19,482 nt of DNA from an archaeon (lineage in GTDB: Archaea > Iainarchaeota > Iainarchaeia > Iainarchaeales > CSSED10-239), in NCBI GenBank assembly GCA_035390665.1, contig DAOOUC010000010.1, positions 1 to 19,482 of the forward strand. The letters are read 5' to 3'. Each line of letters starts with the position of its first letter. The stretch's first letter is position 1. The notes under the pieces were generated by a model. The model saw nothing but the letters and a program-made list of their open reading frames with translations. It ran no database searches and was not told the DNA's origin. This document shows, piece by piece, positions 9,248 through 16,713 of the stretch. The translations under genes and the position numbers were made by a program.

Positions 9248-10195
9248 TTAAATCAATTTAGAAAAATCAGAACTTATAAAACCACTTGCTTTTGGATGTC
9301 CGTTCCCTCCATATTTCTTAGCAATTTGGGAACAATCAATATTTTTTGATCTAAGGCTTATTTTATCAAAATCTTTCTGATCTTCTCCTTTGGCATAATA
9401 TCTATACCATACAATTATCATTTCTATATCTTTATAAAGTTCGGAATTAAAAATATATTCAGAAATATATCCTGCCTTAAATTGAGAATTAACAATAAAA
9501 CTTTTCACACCTTCAAATTCTATTGTTCTTCCTGTTGAAACATCATCTTTTACTTTTGTATTAATATAAGTATTCATTAATTTACCATATTCTTTAAAAA
9601 TTGGGAAACAATCTTTAAAATAATTATTATCAAACAATTTCAAAAACTCATTATTTATTTCAAAATCTCTATTTGTGTCTTTGTCATAAATCTGAAGATA
9701 TAAGAAATCTATATATTGTAAAACATCTTTAGAATCTGGCAATTGCCACGTCCAAATATCCATATCTTGAATATATTGTGAAAATAAAGATGGTTCTTTA
9801 TCAAAATATTTCCAAACTAAAACACTTGCAGCAGAGTTAATGTCTGTTAATCCTTTTATTTCTAAATCAAACATTTCAGAAATAATATTTTTGTGATGAT
9901 CTATCCAAATTAAATTTTCTTTAAAAACAGATAAAAATTTTGCCATAGTTTCTTTACTAAAACTATAGTCTACAATTACTACTTTTTCAAATTTATTTAT
10001 ATCAATATTATACTTTTTTAAAATCTCGAATATGTTATCCATTCCATAATGAACTTCATAAAAATAATAATATTTCCTTAATTCTTTATAATCTGGAATT
10101 GATTTAGATATTTTTTCTAAATAATCGTTATATGCAAATCCTAAAGCAGAAATTAATCCGTCAAGATCATTATGGTAGAAAATTATTGTTTTCAT
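9248..10195 (-). CDS. DHH/DHHA1 family phosphoesterase
   Basis: FYHNDLDGLISA, VVIVDYS, LIWIDHHKN, C-terminal KYGGNGHPKASGF motif. Confidence 0.85.
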   Translation of the reverse strand: MKTIIFYHNDLDGLISALGFAYNDYLEKISKSIPDYKELRKYYYFYEVHYGMDNIFEILKKYNIDINKFEKVVIVDYSFSKETMAKFLSVFKENLIWIDHHKNIISEMFDLEIKGLTDINSAASVLVWKYFDKEPSLFSQYIQDMDIWTWQLPDSKDVLQYIDFLYLQIYDKDTNRDFEINNEFLKLFDNNYFKDCFPIFKEYGKLMNTYINTKVKDDVSTGRTIEFEGVKSFIVNSQFKAGYISEYIFNSELYKDIEMIIVWYRYYAKGEDQKDFDKISLRSKNIDCSQIAKKYGGNGHPKASGFISSDFSKLI

Positions 10196-10272
10196 GTGTA
10201 TATCTTTCCTTCATTAAAAAAGTCTCATTGATATATATTATAATCACATAAATATTTAAAAAAGGGATTTAA

Positions 10273-10824
10273 TTATTTATTTTTTTTATTAAAGTAAAAA
10301 ATAAATAAAATAAATAAACCTAATATTATTAAAGTTAAAATAATGGTGTTATAATTAAGAGTAGAAGTTGCAGCAGGAGAACTAATTGCTGAAACCATTG
10401 TGCTTTCTACAGAATCACTTGCAATAGTTCTTGCCATTTCTTGTTGTGCAAAATTCTTACTAGATTTCTGATTGATTCCACCAATTGTTGAAGTCATTGT
10501 TAAAAGTAAAGCAAAACCTATTACCCCAACTATTGTTAAAATTAATGCTAAAAATAACCTTGTCTCATTTGGTTTAAGTAATCGCTTTCCCTTAAATGTC
10601 AAAGAATAATATTTCCATTTTCTTAAAGATTCTTCTTTTTTTACTAACCCTGCCTTTGAAAGAACTTCAAGATGTTCTTTAATTGTTGGATTTGATAACT
10701 TTAATTCTATAGATAAATCAGAAAGAGTTTTCTTTCTTTTCTCTAAAGCTTTTAAAATATTTAATCTTGAATCAGAAGCAATTGCTTTTAATGTTTCTTT
10801 ATCTATAGTTATCTTATCTTCCAT
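10273..10824 (-). CDS. ArsR-like winged-helix transcriptional regulator with two C-terminal transmembrane helices
   Basis: LKAIASDSRLNILKALEKRKKTLSDLSIELKLSNPTIKEHLEVLSKAGLVKK wHTH; then LILTIVGVIGFALLLTM and TIILTLIILGLFILFIFYF hydrophobic segments. Confidence 0.8.
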   Translation of the reverse strand: MEDKITIDKETLKAIASDSRLNILKALEKRKKTLSDLSIELKLSNPTIKEHLEVLSKAGLVKKEESLRKWKYYSLTFKGKRLLKPNETRLFLALILTIVGVIGFALLLTMTSTIGGINQKSSKNFAQQEMARTIASDSVESTMVSAISSPAATSTLNYNTIILTLIILGLFILFIFYFNKKNK

Positions 10825-10952
10825 AATAATATTTTAAATATTTGTTATTTTAAATCTTCCCTTTTATTTAGGTTTAAAACTACAAAACATCTATTTATAA
10901 TATTTTATAAGTAAGTTTAATATTGTACTTAAATTTTAAAAATAGACTAGAT

Positions 10953-12518
10953 ATGACTACATTTATTCAAACAGAAGAACAACAGAAAAAAGATTTTAAA
11001 TATTCTGTAATGGATGGTGTTTTTTGGACAATTATGACTTATTTAGGTGCAGTATTTTTAACCCCTTATCTTTTATCTCTTGGAGCAAATAGTTTTCAAA
11101 TTGGACTCACAACTTATGTCCCAACATTAATTGCATCAATAATTTGTTTTTTTTCTTATGATTTTTTAAAATACTTTAATTCAAAAAGAAGTTTCGTTGT
11201 ATTTTTTGTAATAATTCAAGCAACACTTTGGATTCCATTAGCTTTTGTTTATTTTTTTGCGACTGGTAGCACTGCAGTGTGGTTTGTTTTAATAATTTAT
11301 TTCTTAATTTCAATAATAGGGACAATACCCGGTCCAGTCTATGGAGATTGGATAGGAAAGGTTTTTAAAATCAAAGAAATTGGATTATATAATGCAAGAC
11401 GAAACATTATTTGTAATCTTGTAACAATATTGCCTTTATTTTTTGCAGGATCCATTTTAGATGCAGCATCTCATTCTAATACTCTTTTTATTTTTACAAT
11501 AATTTTTATATTTGCAGGAATATTTAGATTTATTTCAGCTATGTCTTTGAACAAGATGAGTATTACTGAGACAAAAGAAGAAATAAAACATGAAACACAC
11601 CAATCTAAAGGATTAATGCTTAATGCCTTTAGAGATGAAATAAAAAATAATAAAAATTATGTTTATTTTTTCGTGGTTGTTTTATTTTATTATTTTAGTT
11701 TATATGTTACTGCCCCTTATAATAGATTCTATTTACTTGAAATTGCAAAATTAAGTTATACTCAATATATATCTATTGAGATTGTTGCAATCCTTGGAGT
11801 AATTTTAACACTATTTTACTGGGGAACTGCAGTAGATAAATTTGGCGCAACAAGAGTTTTAAAAGCAACAATTTTCTTTTTACCACTTTATCCATTAACA
11901 TTAATTTTATTTTCTAAAAATTTTTATGTACTTATATCTCTTGTATTTATTGATGCAGTATTAACTGCTGGATTAGGTATTGCTCTAACATCCTATCTTT
12001 ATCAAAATATTAGAAAAAACCTAATTGCACACATGACTTTCTTAACCTTATTCCAATCTATTGCATTAACACTTGGTGCTTTAAGTGCAGCAGGAATAAA
12101 TTATTTATTAACAAAGAATCTTGGTTCTGAAACTAGAGCATTATTCTGGGTTTTTATAATTGGAATAGGTCTTAGATTTATTTCAGCAATATTAAGTCAA
12201 GGATTAAAGGATAATAATCCTGAAAAGACAAATGTATTAAAAGAAATAATTGTTTTTAAGCCAATAATTTATGGTGGTGGAAAATTAATGCAGATTTGGG
12301 GAGAAAAACAAAAAGAAATAACACACAATGTTGGACAACGTACCAAAAAGATACAATTACATCTTAAAAAAACAACCAAACAGATTAAAGGTGATTTTTC
12401 CTTAACTGCAAAAAAATTTGGAAAAGAACTAAATGATACAACAGAAGAAATAATACACACTACAAAAAAAGCAATAAAGAGAACTAAGAAATTTTTAGAC
12501 AAAAAAGATGATTTTTAA
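10953..12518 (+). CDS. MFS-type transporter with long Lys-rich C-terminal tail
   Basis: About 12 hydrophobic segments; WGTAVDKFGATRVLK motif between TM blocks. Track start 10923 is TTG; ATG at 10953 is more plausible. Confidence 0.75.
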   Translation: MTTFIQTEEQQKKDFKYSVMDGVFWTIMTYLGAVFLTPYLLSLGANSFQIGLTTYVPTLIASIICFFSYDFLKYFNSKRSFVVFFVIIQATLWIPLAFVYFFATGSTAVWFVLIIYFLISIIGTIPGPVYGDWIGKVFKIKEIGLYNARRNIICNLVTILPLFFAGSILDAASHSNTLFIFTIIFIFAGIFRFISAMSLNKMSITETKEEIKHETHQSKGLMLNAFRDEIKNNKNYVYFFVVVLFYYFSLYVTAPYNRFYLLEIAKLSYTQYISIEIVAILGVILTLFYWGTAVDKFGATRVLKATIFFLPLYPLTLILFSKNFYVLISLVFIDAVLTAGLGIALTSYLYQNIRKNLIAHMTFLTLFQSIALTLGALSAAGINYLLTKNLGSETRALFWVFIIGIGLRFISAILSQGLKDNNPEKTNVLKEIIVFKPIIYGGGKLMQIWGEKQKEITHNVGQRTKKIQLHLKKTTKQIKGDFSLTAKKFGKELNDTTEEIIHTTKKAIKRTKKFLDKKDDF

Positions 12519-12551
12519 ATAATATGTTATATAATAATATAGTGAAGGTAT

Positions 12552-13415
12552 ATGTTTAAGAAAAAAATATTTCAAACAACAGAACACAATGTAAATAAGT
12601 TAATCTTAATTTTAGGTGTTTTTCTTCTTACAATAACTTCTCTAATTATGGCAAATACGAAAGGATGGATTACTTTAAATCCAGGAATACTTGCAACTAT
12701 AAAATTAATTTCTATTATACTCTGGACCTTCTTTATTGCTTCTGTTTTTATTAAATTTACACAAAATAAAGTACATAAATTATTTGACGAAAGCGTAGAT
12801 CTTGAGCAAAGAATACTATTAAGTAAATTTTATAATTTCTTTGTATATTTATTTGCAACTGCTTTTGTATTATGGAAGATGGGAGTTACCCTTGAAAATA
12901 TTACATTATTTGTTGGACTTATTGCTACAGGACTTGCTTTTGCCTTAAGAGAAATCCTTTTACCTTTCTTTGTTTGGTTTATGTTATTAACAAAAAGACC
13001 ATTTAGAATTGGAGATTATATTAAAATTGGAGACGATGAAGGTAGAGTAAAACATATTGGTACTTTTTATGTTTTTTTAGATCCTTTAAACACAGACTTA
13101 AATCAAACAATTAAAATACCTAATAAGATATTTTTAGAAAAACAAGTAATTAACTATGGAGGAATAAACCTTCCAATATTTTTAAAAATCCCTGTAACTG
13201 CTATGGATTTAAAAGACAGTGAAAAAAGAATTGAAGAAATAAAGAAAAATCTAATCAAAATATATCCTGAATATACCATCCATCCAAAACTTGTATCAGA
13301 CAAAGAATATGTATATCTATTATTTGATTTTACAGTATCAACTAAAGAAAACTACACAAAGATAAGACATAAACTTTATGAAGAAACATATAATTATTTT
13401 AAAGGGCCAAGGTAG
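12552..13415 (+). CDS. MscS-family mechanosensitive ion channel
   Basis: Three TM helices, then TGLAFALREILLPFFVWFMLLTKRPFRIGDYIKIGDDEGRVKHIGTFYVFL..IPNKIFLEKQVINYG, the MscS beta-domain signature. Confidence 0.9.
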   Translation: MFKKKIFQTTEHNVNKLILILGVFLLTITSLIMANTKGWITLNPGILATIKLISIILWTFFIASVFIKFTQNKVHKLFDESVDLEQRILLSKFYNFFVYLFATAFVLWKMGVTLENITLFVGLIATGLAFALREILLPFFVWFMLLTKRPFRIGDYIKIGDDEGRVKHIGTFYVFLDPLNTDLNQTIKIPNKIFLEKQVINYGGINLPIFLKIPVTAMDLKDSEKRIEEIKKNLIKIYPEYTIHPKLVSDKEYVYLLFDFTVSTKENYTKIRHKLYEETYNYFKGPR

Positions 13416-13416
13416 A

Positions 13417-14328
13417 TTAAATTTCAAAAACAATTGGCTTTTTGATATCTCCACCTATCTTGTTCAATAACAAGATATTTTTATTTTTCTTCTTTGCCAT
13501 TTCTATTGCTAAATCTTGATAGGTTCTTCCTATGTGAGTTATTGGATTTTTACCATAATATGCTTCTAAAGTCATTGGTTTTGTTGGAGTAATTAATCCA
13601 TTTCTTCTGTTACCTCTACCTGTTGCTCCACTATCTCCCATCTCTAAAGATGTTCCTGTTTTTGTTATAAATTGTGCTTCTTTTGTGTCTCCAATATTAA
13701 TATATAAATTTTTTATTTTAAATTTTTGTTTTAATTCTTTTTCCAATTGTTTCTTATACTCAAAATATTCTTTTGTAGTTTTAAAAGAATCCAAGAATGC
13801 AAGAGCGATATACACTGATTTTTCTTTACCATCATAAGTAAACATAACTTTGTTGTCTGTTCCTATGTGCTTGCCTGTTTTATGAAGATTATCAATATAT
13901 TTACCTATATCTAAAACTAGTTTCTCGTTATTTGTTTCTTGATGACCAACAGCAAAACTTGTATCGTTTGCTTTTTTACATGCAAATATATCATTAAGAT
14001 CAGGGCTTCCTTGGTTTAGAAAATTATAAACTTTATATTTTAATCCGTTTTTTATTTCAAAATCTAAAGTTTCTTTAACTACAGATTCTAAAATTTTATC
14101 TATATTTTTTACTTTTGTATATTGCCCAGCAAAGACAATTTTTACCGGAGTTTTAAATTTTCCTTTTTCTATTTCTCCAGCACACACCATTGTTTTATCA
14201 ACATTATAGTGTTTCATTGTTCCATATTCTTTAAGTAAGGCCTTAGATAATTTTTCAGACAAATTATCTGCTATTGTATCTGGGTGGCCTATTCCTTTTC
14301 TTTCTATTACTTCTATTTTTGTTTTCAT
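13417..14328 (-). CDS. Archaeal-type S-adenosylmethionine synthetase, short form
   Basis: ERKGIGHPDTIADNLSE, NVDKTMVCAGE, KKANDTSFAVGH, TGTSLEMGDSGATGRGNRRNGLITPTKPMTLEAYYGKNPITHIG; AGGAG upstream of ATG. Confidence 0.88.
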   Translation of the reverse strand: MKTKIEVIERKGIGHPDTIADNLSEKLSKALLKEYGTMKHYNVDKTMVCAGEIEKGKFKTPVKIVFAGQYTKVKNIDKILESVVKETLDFEIKNGLKYKVYNFLNQGSPDLNDIFACKKANDTSFAVGHQETNNEKLVLDIGKYIDNLHKTGKHIGTDNKVMFTYDGKEKSVYIALAFLDSFKTTKEYFEYKKQLEKELKQKFKIKNLYINIGDTKEAQFITKTGTSLEMGDSGATGRGNRRNGLITPTKPMTLEAYYGKNPITHIGRTYQDLAIEMAKKKNKNILLLNKIGGDIKKPIVFEI

Positions 14329-14351
14329 GTCAATTCTCCTTTGTTGCTTAT

Positions 14352-14428
14352 TAGTAACTAATTAGTGTTTGGAAATATTTAAAAAACCTTTCACTCATTA
14401 GTTACTATTATAACACTATAATAGTAAC
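14352..14428. promoter_or_regulatory. Divergent promoter region with three copies of GTTACTA/TAGTAAC and a perfect 12-bp inverted repeat
   Basis: TAGTAACTAAT 14352-14362, ATTAGTTACTA 14397-14407; GTTACTATTATA (14401-14412)-ACAC-TATAATAGTAAC (14417-14428). AT-rich TATA-like core at about 14373-14386 between them. Confidence 0.6.
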
Positions 14429-14440
14429 GAGGAAAAGAAA

Positions 14441-14608
14441 ATGGTATCAGAAGCAAGAGTTAGTCCTTATTTTTCAAAGGACCAGGTGAAGATAATAGAC
14501 GGATTAGTAAACAAGATTGGTTGCTCGAGAGCAGATGTTGTTAAGCAACTTGTTCTAATAAAGCTAACAGAAATGGGATACTTTAATAAGGAAAAAGACC
14601 ACAAATAG
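14441..14608 (+). CDS. Small ribbon-helix-helix DNA-binding protein
   Basis: Not in supplied track (55 aa). Manual translation MVSEARVSPYFSKDQVKIIDGLVNKIGCSRADVVKQLVLIKLTEMGYFNKEKDHK; matches RHH pattern (beta strand, helix, SRAD/E-V turn, helix). Preceded by cgagg. Confidence 0.75.
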   Translation: MVSEARVSPYFSKDQVKIIDGLVNKIGCSRADVVKQLVLIKLTEMGYFNKEKDHK

Positions 14609-14618
14609 TTGGACGATT

Positions 14619-15173
14619 ATGAAAAAATATAACTATCTTAAAAAACCAATAATCACAGATAGATTGATACTTGTAAAACCATCTCTTGATTTTTGCAAAA
14701 GAAAATTAGAAATCTGGTCTAATCCAAAAATGACTAAATATAACGAAGAACACTTGACTTTAGCAGAAGTAAAGAAAAGAATGAAAGCAAATATAAAAGA
14801 TCAAGGAAAAACCGCAATTTCTTTCTATGCTCTTTTAAAAGAGAATAATTTTCTTATAGGATCTGCAGGACTTCATATCTTAAAGCACAACAACTCTGCA
14901 GAATTAGGTTACGGAATAGATGTAAACTATTGGGGAAAAGGCTATTGCTCCGAAATTGTGTCTGCTGTGCTTGATTTTACCTTCACTCAAACAGATTTAC
15001 ATAGAATCTGGGCCACACCAGCTGTAGAAAACAAAGCCTCTTGTAAGGTCTTAGAAAAATGCGGATTTAGAAAAGAAGCGATTTTAAGAGATTCAGCTTA
15101 CTATTATGGAAAATATTACAACGAAGCATATTATTCTATATTAAAAGAAGAATATTTAAAAATACACAATTAG
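14619..15173 (+). CDS. GNAT-family N-acetyltransferase, RimJ/RimL-like
   Basis: TDRLILVKPS, GSAGLHILKHNNSAELGYGIDVNYWGKGYCSEIVSAVLDFTF, HRIWATPAVENKASCKVLEKCGFRKE motifs. Confidence 0.9.
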   Translation: MKKYNYLKKPIITDRLILVKPSLDFCKRKLEIWSNPKMTKYNEEHLTLAEVKKRMKANIKDQGKTAISFYALLKENNFLIGSAGLHILKHNNSAELGYGIDVNYWGKGYCSEIVSAVLDFTFTQTDLHRIWATPAVENKASCKVLEKCGFRKEAILRDSAYYYGKYYNEAYYSILKEEYLKIHN

Positions 15174-15176
15174 TTG

Positions 15177-15210
15177 GACAAAAACCAATTATTATTTAAA
15201 CTTTTTTGTC
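15177..15210 (+). terminator. Candidate stem-loop/T-tract behind the GNAT gene
   Basis: GACAAAAA (15177-15184) pairs with TTTTTGTC (15203-15210), 18-nt loop. Confidence 0.3.
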
Positions 15211-15291
15211 TACTATTATATAAACTATTTTTAGTTTAATTTAAGCCATTTTTTTAAATTTAGGGCTGATAAAGAAAAAAGAGGTAATTTC

Positions 15292-15579
15292 ATGAAAAAA
15301 AACACATTAAGCATAGCTATAGTATTTGCATTAATCTTAAGTTTAGGTATAATTAATGCATCTGAATTTAAAATAAAAAATAATAACGGAATAAGTACCA
15401 GATTTAAAACCACACAACCAACATTTTATGATATGGTAAGATGTACGTGCGGTGGCGAGACTTGTGGAAATTCTTTTGAAAGTCACCCTAATGCATCCAT
15501 TGGAGGACTAATAGTATATTGCTCACAACTGTGTTCTTGTAGAACAAAAGTCGGATTTCAATATGAAACAGAATATTAG
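15292..15579 (+). CDS. Small exported cysteine-rich protein
   Basis: N-terminal signal peptide MKKNTLSIAIVFALILSLGIINAS; six Cys (CTCGGETC...CSQLCSC); TATA-like ttatataaa at 15216-15224 and gaggt upstream of ATG. Confidence 0.65.
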   Translation: MKKNTLSIAIVFALILSLGIINASEFKIKNNNGISTRFKTTQPTFYDMVRCTCGGETCGNSFESHPNASIGGLIVYCSQLCSCRTKVGFQYETEY

Positions 15580-15594
15580 AACCCCAGAAAATGT

Positions 15595-15612
15595 AGACAA
15601 TTAATTTTGTCT
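15595..15612 (+). terminator. Candidate stem-loop with downstream T-tract
   Basis: AGACAA-TTAATT-TTGTCT followed by a T7 run. Confidence 0.3.
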
Positions 15613-15721
15613 TACTACTTTTTTTATCTCCAAATAACCAATAAATAATTTTCGCACTGGACAGCTACCCCCCCGAAAACAACCCCTCTTTGTAAGTCTA
15701 TATATATCTGGTGATGTAAAA

Positions 15722-16007
15722 ATGTTCAGAACAGAAAATAAATATAAAGATAATGTGTGTGTTATGTATAAATCGGTTGATGATCTTATACAAAAAAATA
15801 AAAGCTTAATTGGAAGAACAAGAATTTCCAATTACTCTAATCTACAAAGGAGATATTTTACAAGATGTTGATTTTTTGTTATGTTTTCTTCTACATAACC
15901 AAAAACTTCGTTTTTCCTTTCCCCAAGGTTTGCGTGTAGAAAAACTTAAGTCAATTGATCTATCCCGATCCAATAAAATAACAAAAGAAAAATATAGGAG
16001 GCGATAA
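15722..16007 (+). pseudogene. Possible frameshifted or degraded small ORF (two overlapping frames)
   Basis: ATG 15722 gives MFRTENKYKDNVCVMYKSVDDLIQKNKSLIGRTRISNYSNLQRRYFTRC* (stop 15869-15871); overlapping frame from TTG 15810 continues to 16007. TATA-like tatatatat about 15700-15708. Confidence 0.2.
15872..15915. other. Overlapping, mutually exclusive hairpins
   Basis: TTTTT-T-GTTATGT ... ACATAAC-C-AAAAA (15872-15905) shares its AAAAA arm with AAAAAC-TTC-GTTTTT (15901-15915). Confidence 0.4.
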
Positions 16008-16048
16008 AAAGTCCATTTTTGGAATTATAGAGAAAAAGCTAATTCTTC

Positions 16049-16166
16049 GCTAGTTTACTCTAGCCAAAATGTGCGAAAAAACACCAAAAAATAGAAAAAA
16101 CAAGCTATCAGACGACCTTTCGGTCGGCTTAATAGCTCTTATATAGAACCGCTAAAATATTTTAGC
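16049..16166. other. Cluster of hairpins/palindromes upstream of the HNH gene (candidate structured RNA and/or operator)
   Basis: GCTAG-TTTACT-CTAGC (16049-16064); AGCTAT...CGACC-TTTC-GGTCG...ATAGCT (16103-16137); 16-bp perfect palindrome GCTAAAATATTTTAGC (16151-16166). Confidence 0.45.
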
Positions 16167-16225
16167 CGATAACGTTATAAATACTTCGTACATATTATAA
16201 TTATAAATAAATTTAAAGTGATATT

Positions 16226-16630
16226 ATGGACAATGCACAAACAAGAGAATATAAGAACGAATGGGATAGGGCTCACAAAGAAGATATAAAGATAAGGAAA
16301 AGGATCAGGGGCGCACTAATCAAGAAGACTCTTGTAGAATATAAAGGTGGTGCGTGTTCTGTGTGTGGATATAACAAAAACATAGCAGTTTTAAGTTTTC
16401 ACCACATAAATGATGAAAACAACCAGAAAGAATACGATATAAGTATCAGGATGGGCAATCGTTGTTCATTAGAAACCTTGAAAAAAGAAGCAGACAAGTG
16501 TATTCTAGTCTGTGAAAACTGTCACAGAGAAATACATCAGAAAGAACTTGATGAAAAATATAGAGAAATAGAAGAAAAATACATTGCTGGCTTAAGTGAT
16601 GCCAGCAGAGCATCATTGTTTAAAATCTAG
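16226..16630 (+). CDS. HNH endonuclease-like protein
   Basis: GGACSVCGYNKNIAVLSFHHINDENN...TLKKEADKCILVCENCHREIH: C2...HH...C2H HNH/zinc pattern; TATA-like ttataaata about 16175. Confidence 0.8.
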   Translation: MDNAQTREYKNEWDRAHKEDIKIRKRIRGALIKKTLVEYKGGACSVCGYNKNIAVLSFHHINDENNQKEYDISIRMGNRCSLETLKKEADKCILVCENCHREIHQKELDEKYREIEEKYIAGLSDASRASLFKI

Positions 16631-16713
16631 AAAATGTCCAATATTTTGTGTAATTTAACTAAAATAAAAAAATCAAGATTTTAAGGCGATGACTTAATCA
16701 ACAAATACTGATT

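Noticed and set aside
12269-12502. Minus-strand ORF opposite the MFS tail
   Set aside because: Complement of the Lys-rich tail codons gives a Phe/Cys-rich spurious peptide.
15231-15413. Minus-strand ORF over the exported Cys-rich gene
   Set aside because: The + strand reading has signal peptide, RBS and promoter; this one does not.
15601-15831. Minus-strand 76-aa ORF MEILVLPIKLLFF...
   Set aside because: No start context or motifs; lies in a hairpin-rich, poorly coding stretch. Kept only as a remote possibility.
15990-16010. Strong Shine-Dalgarno-like AGGAGG at 15996-16001 as evidence for a gene start
   Set aside because: No ATG/GTG at suitable distance; nearest TTG opens only a three-codon frame.
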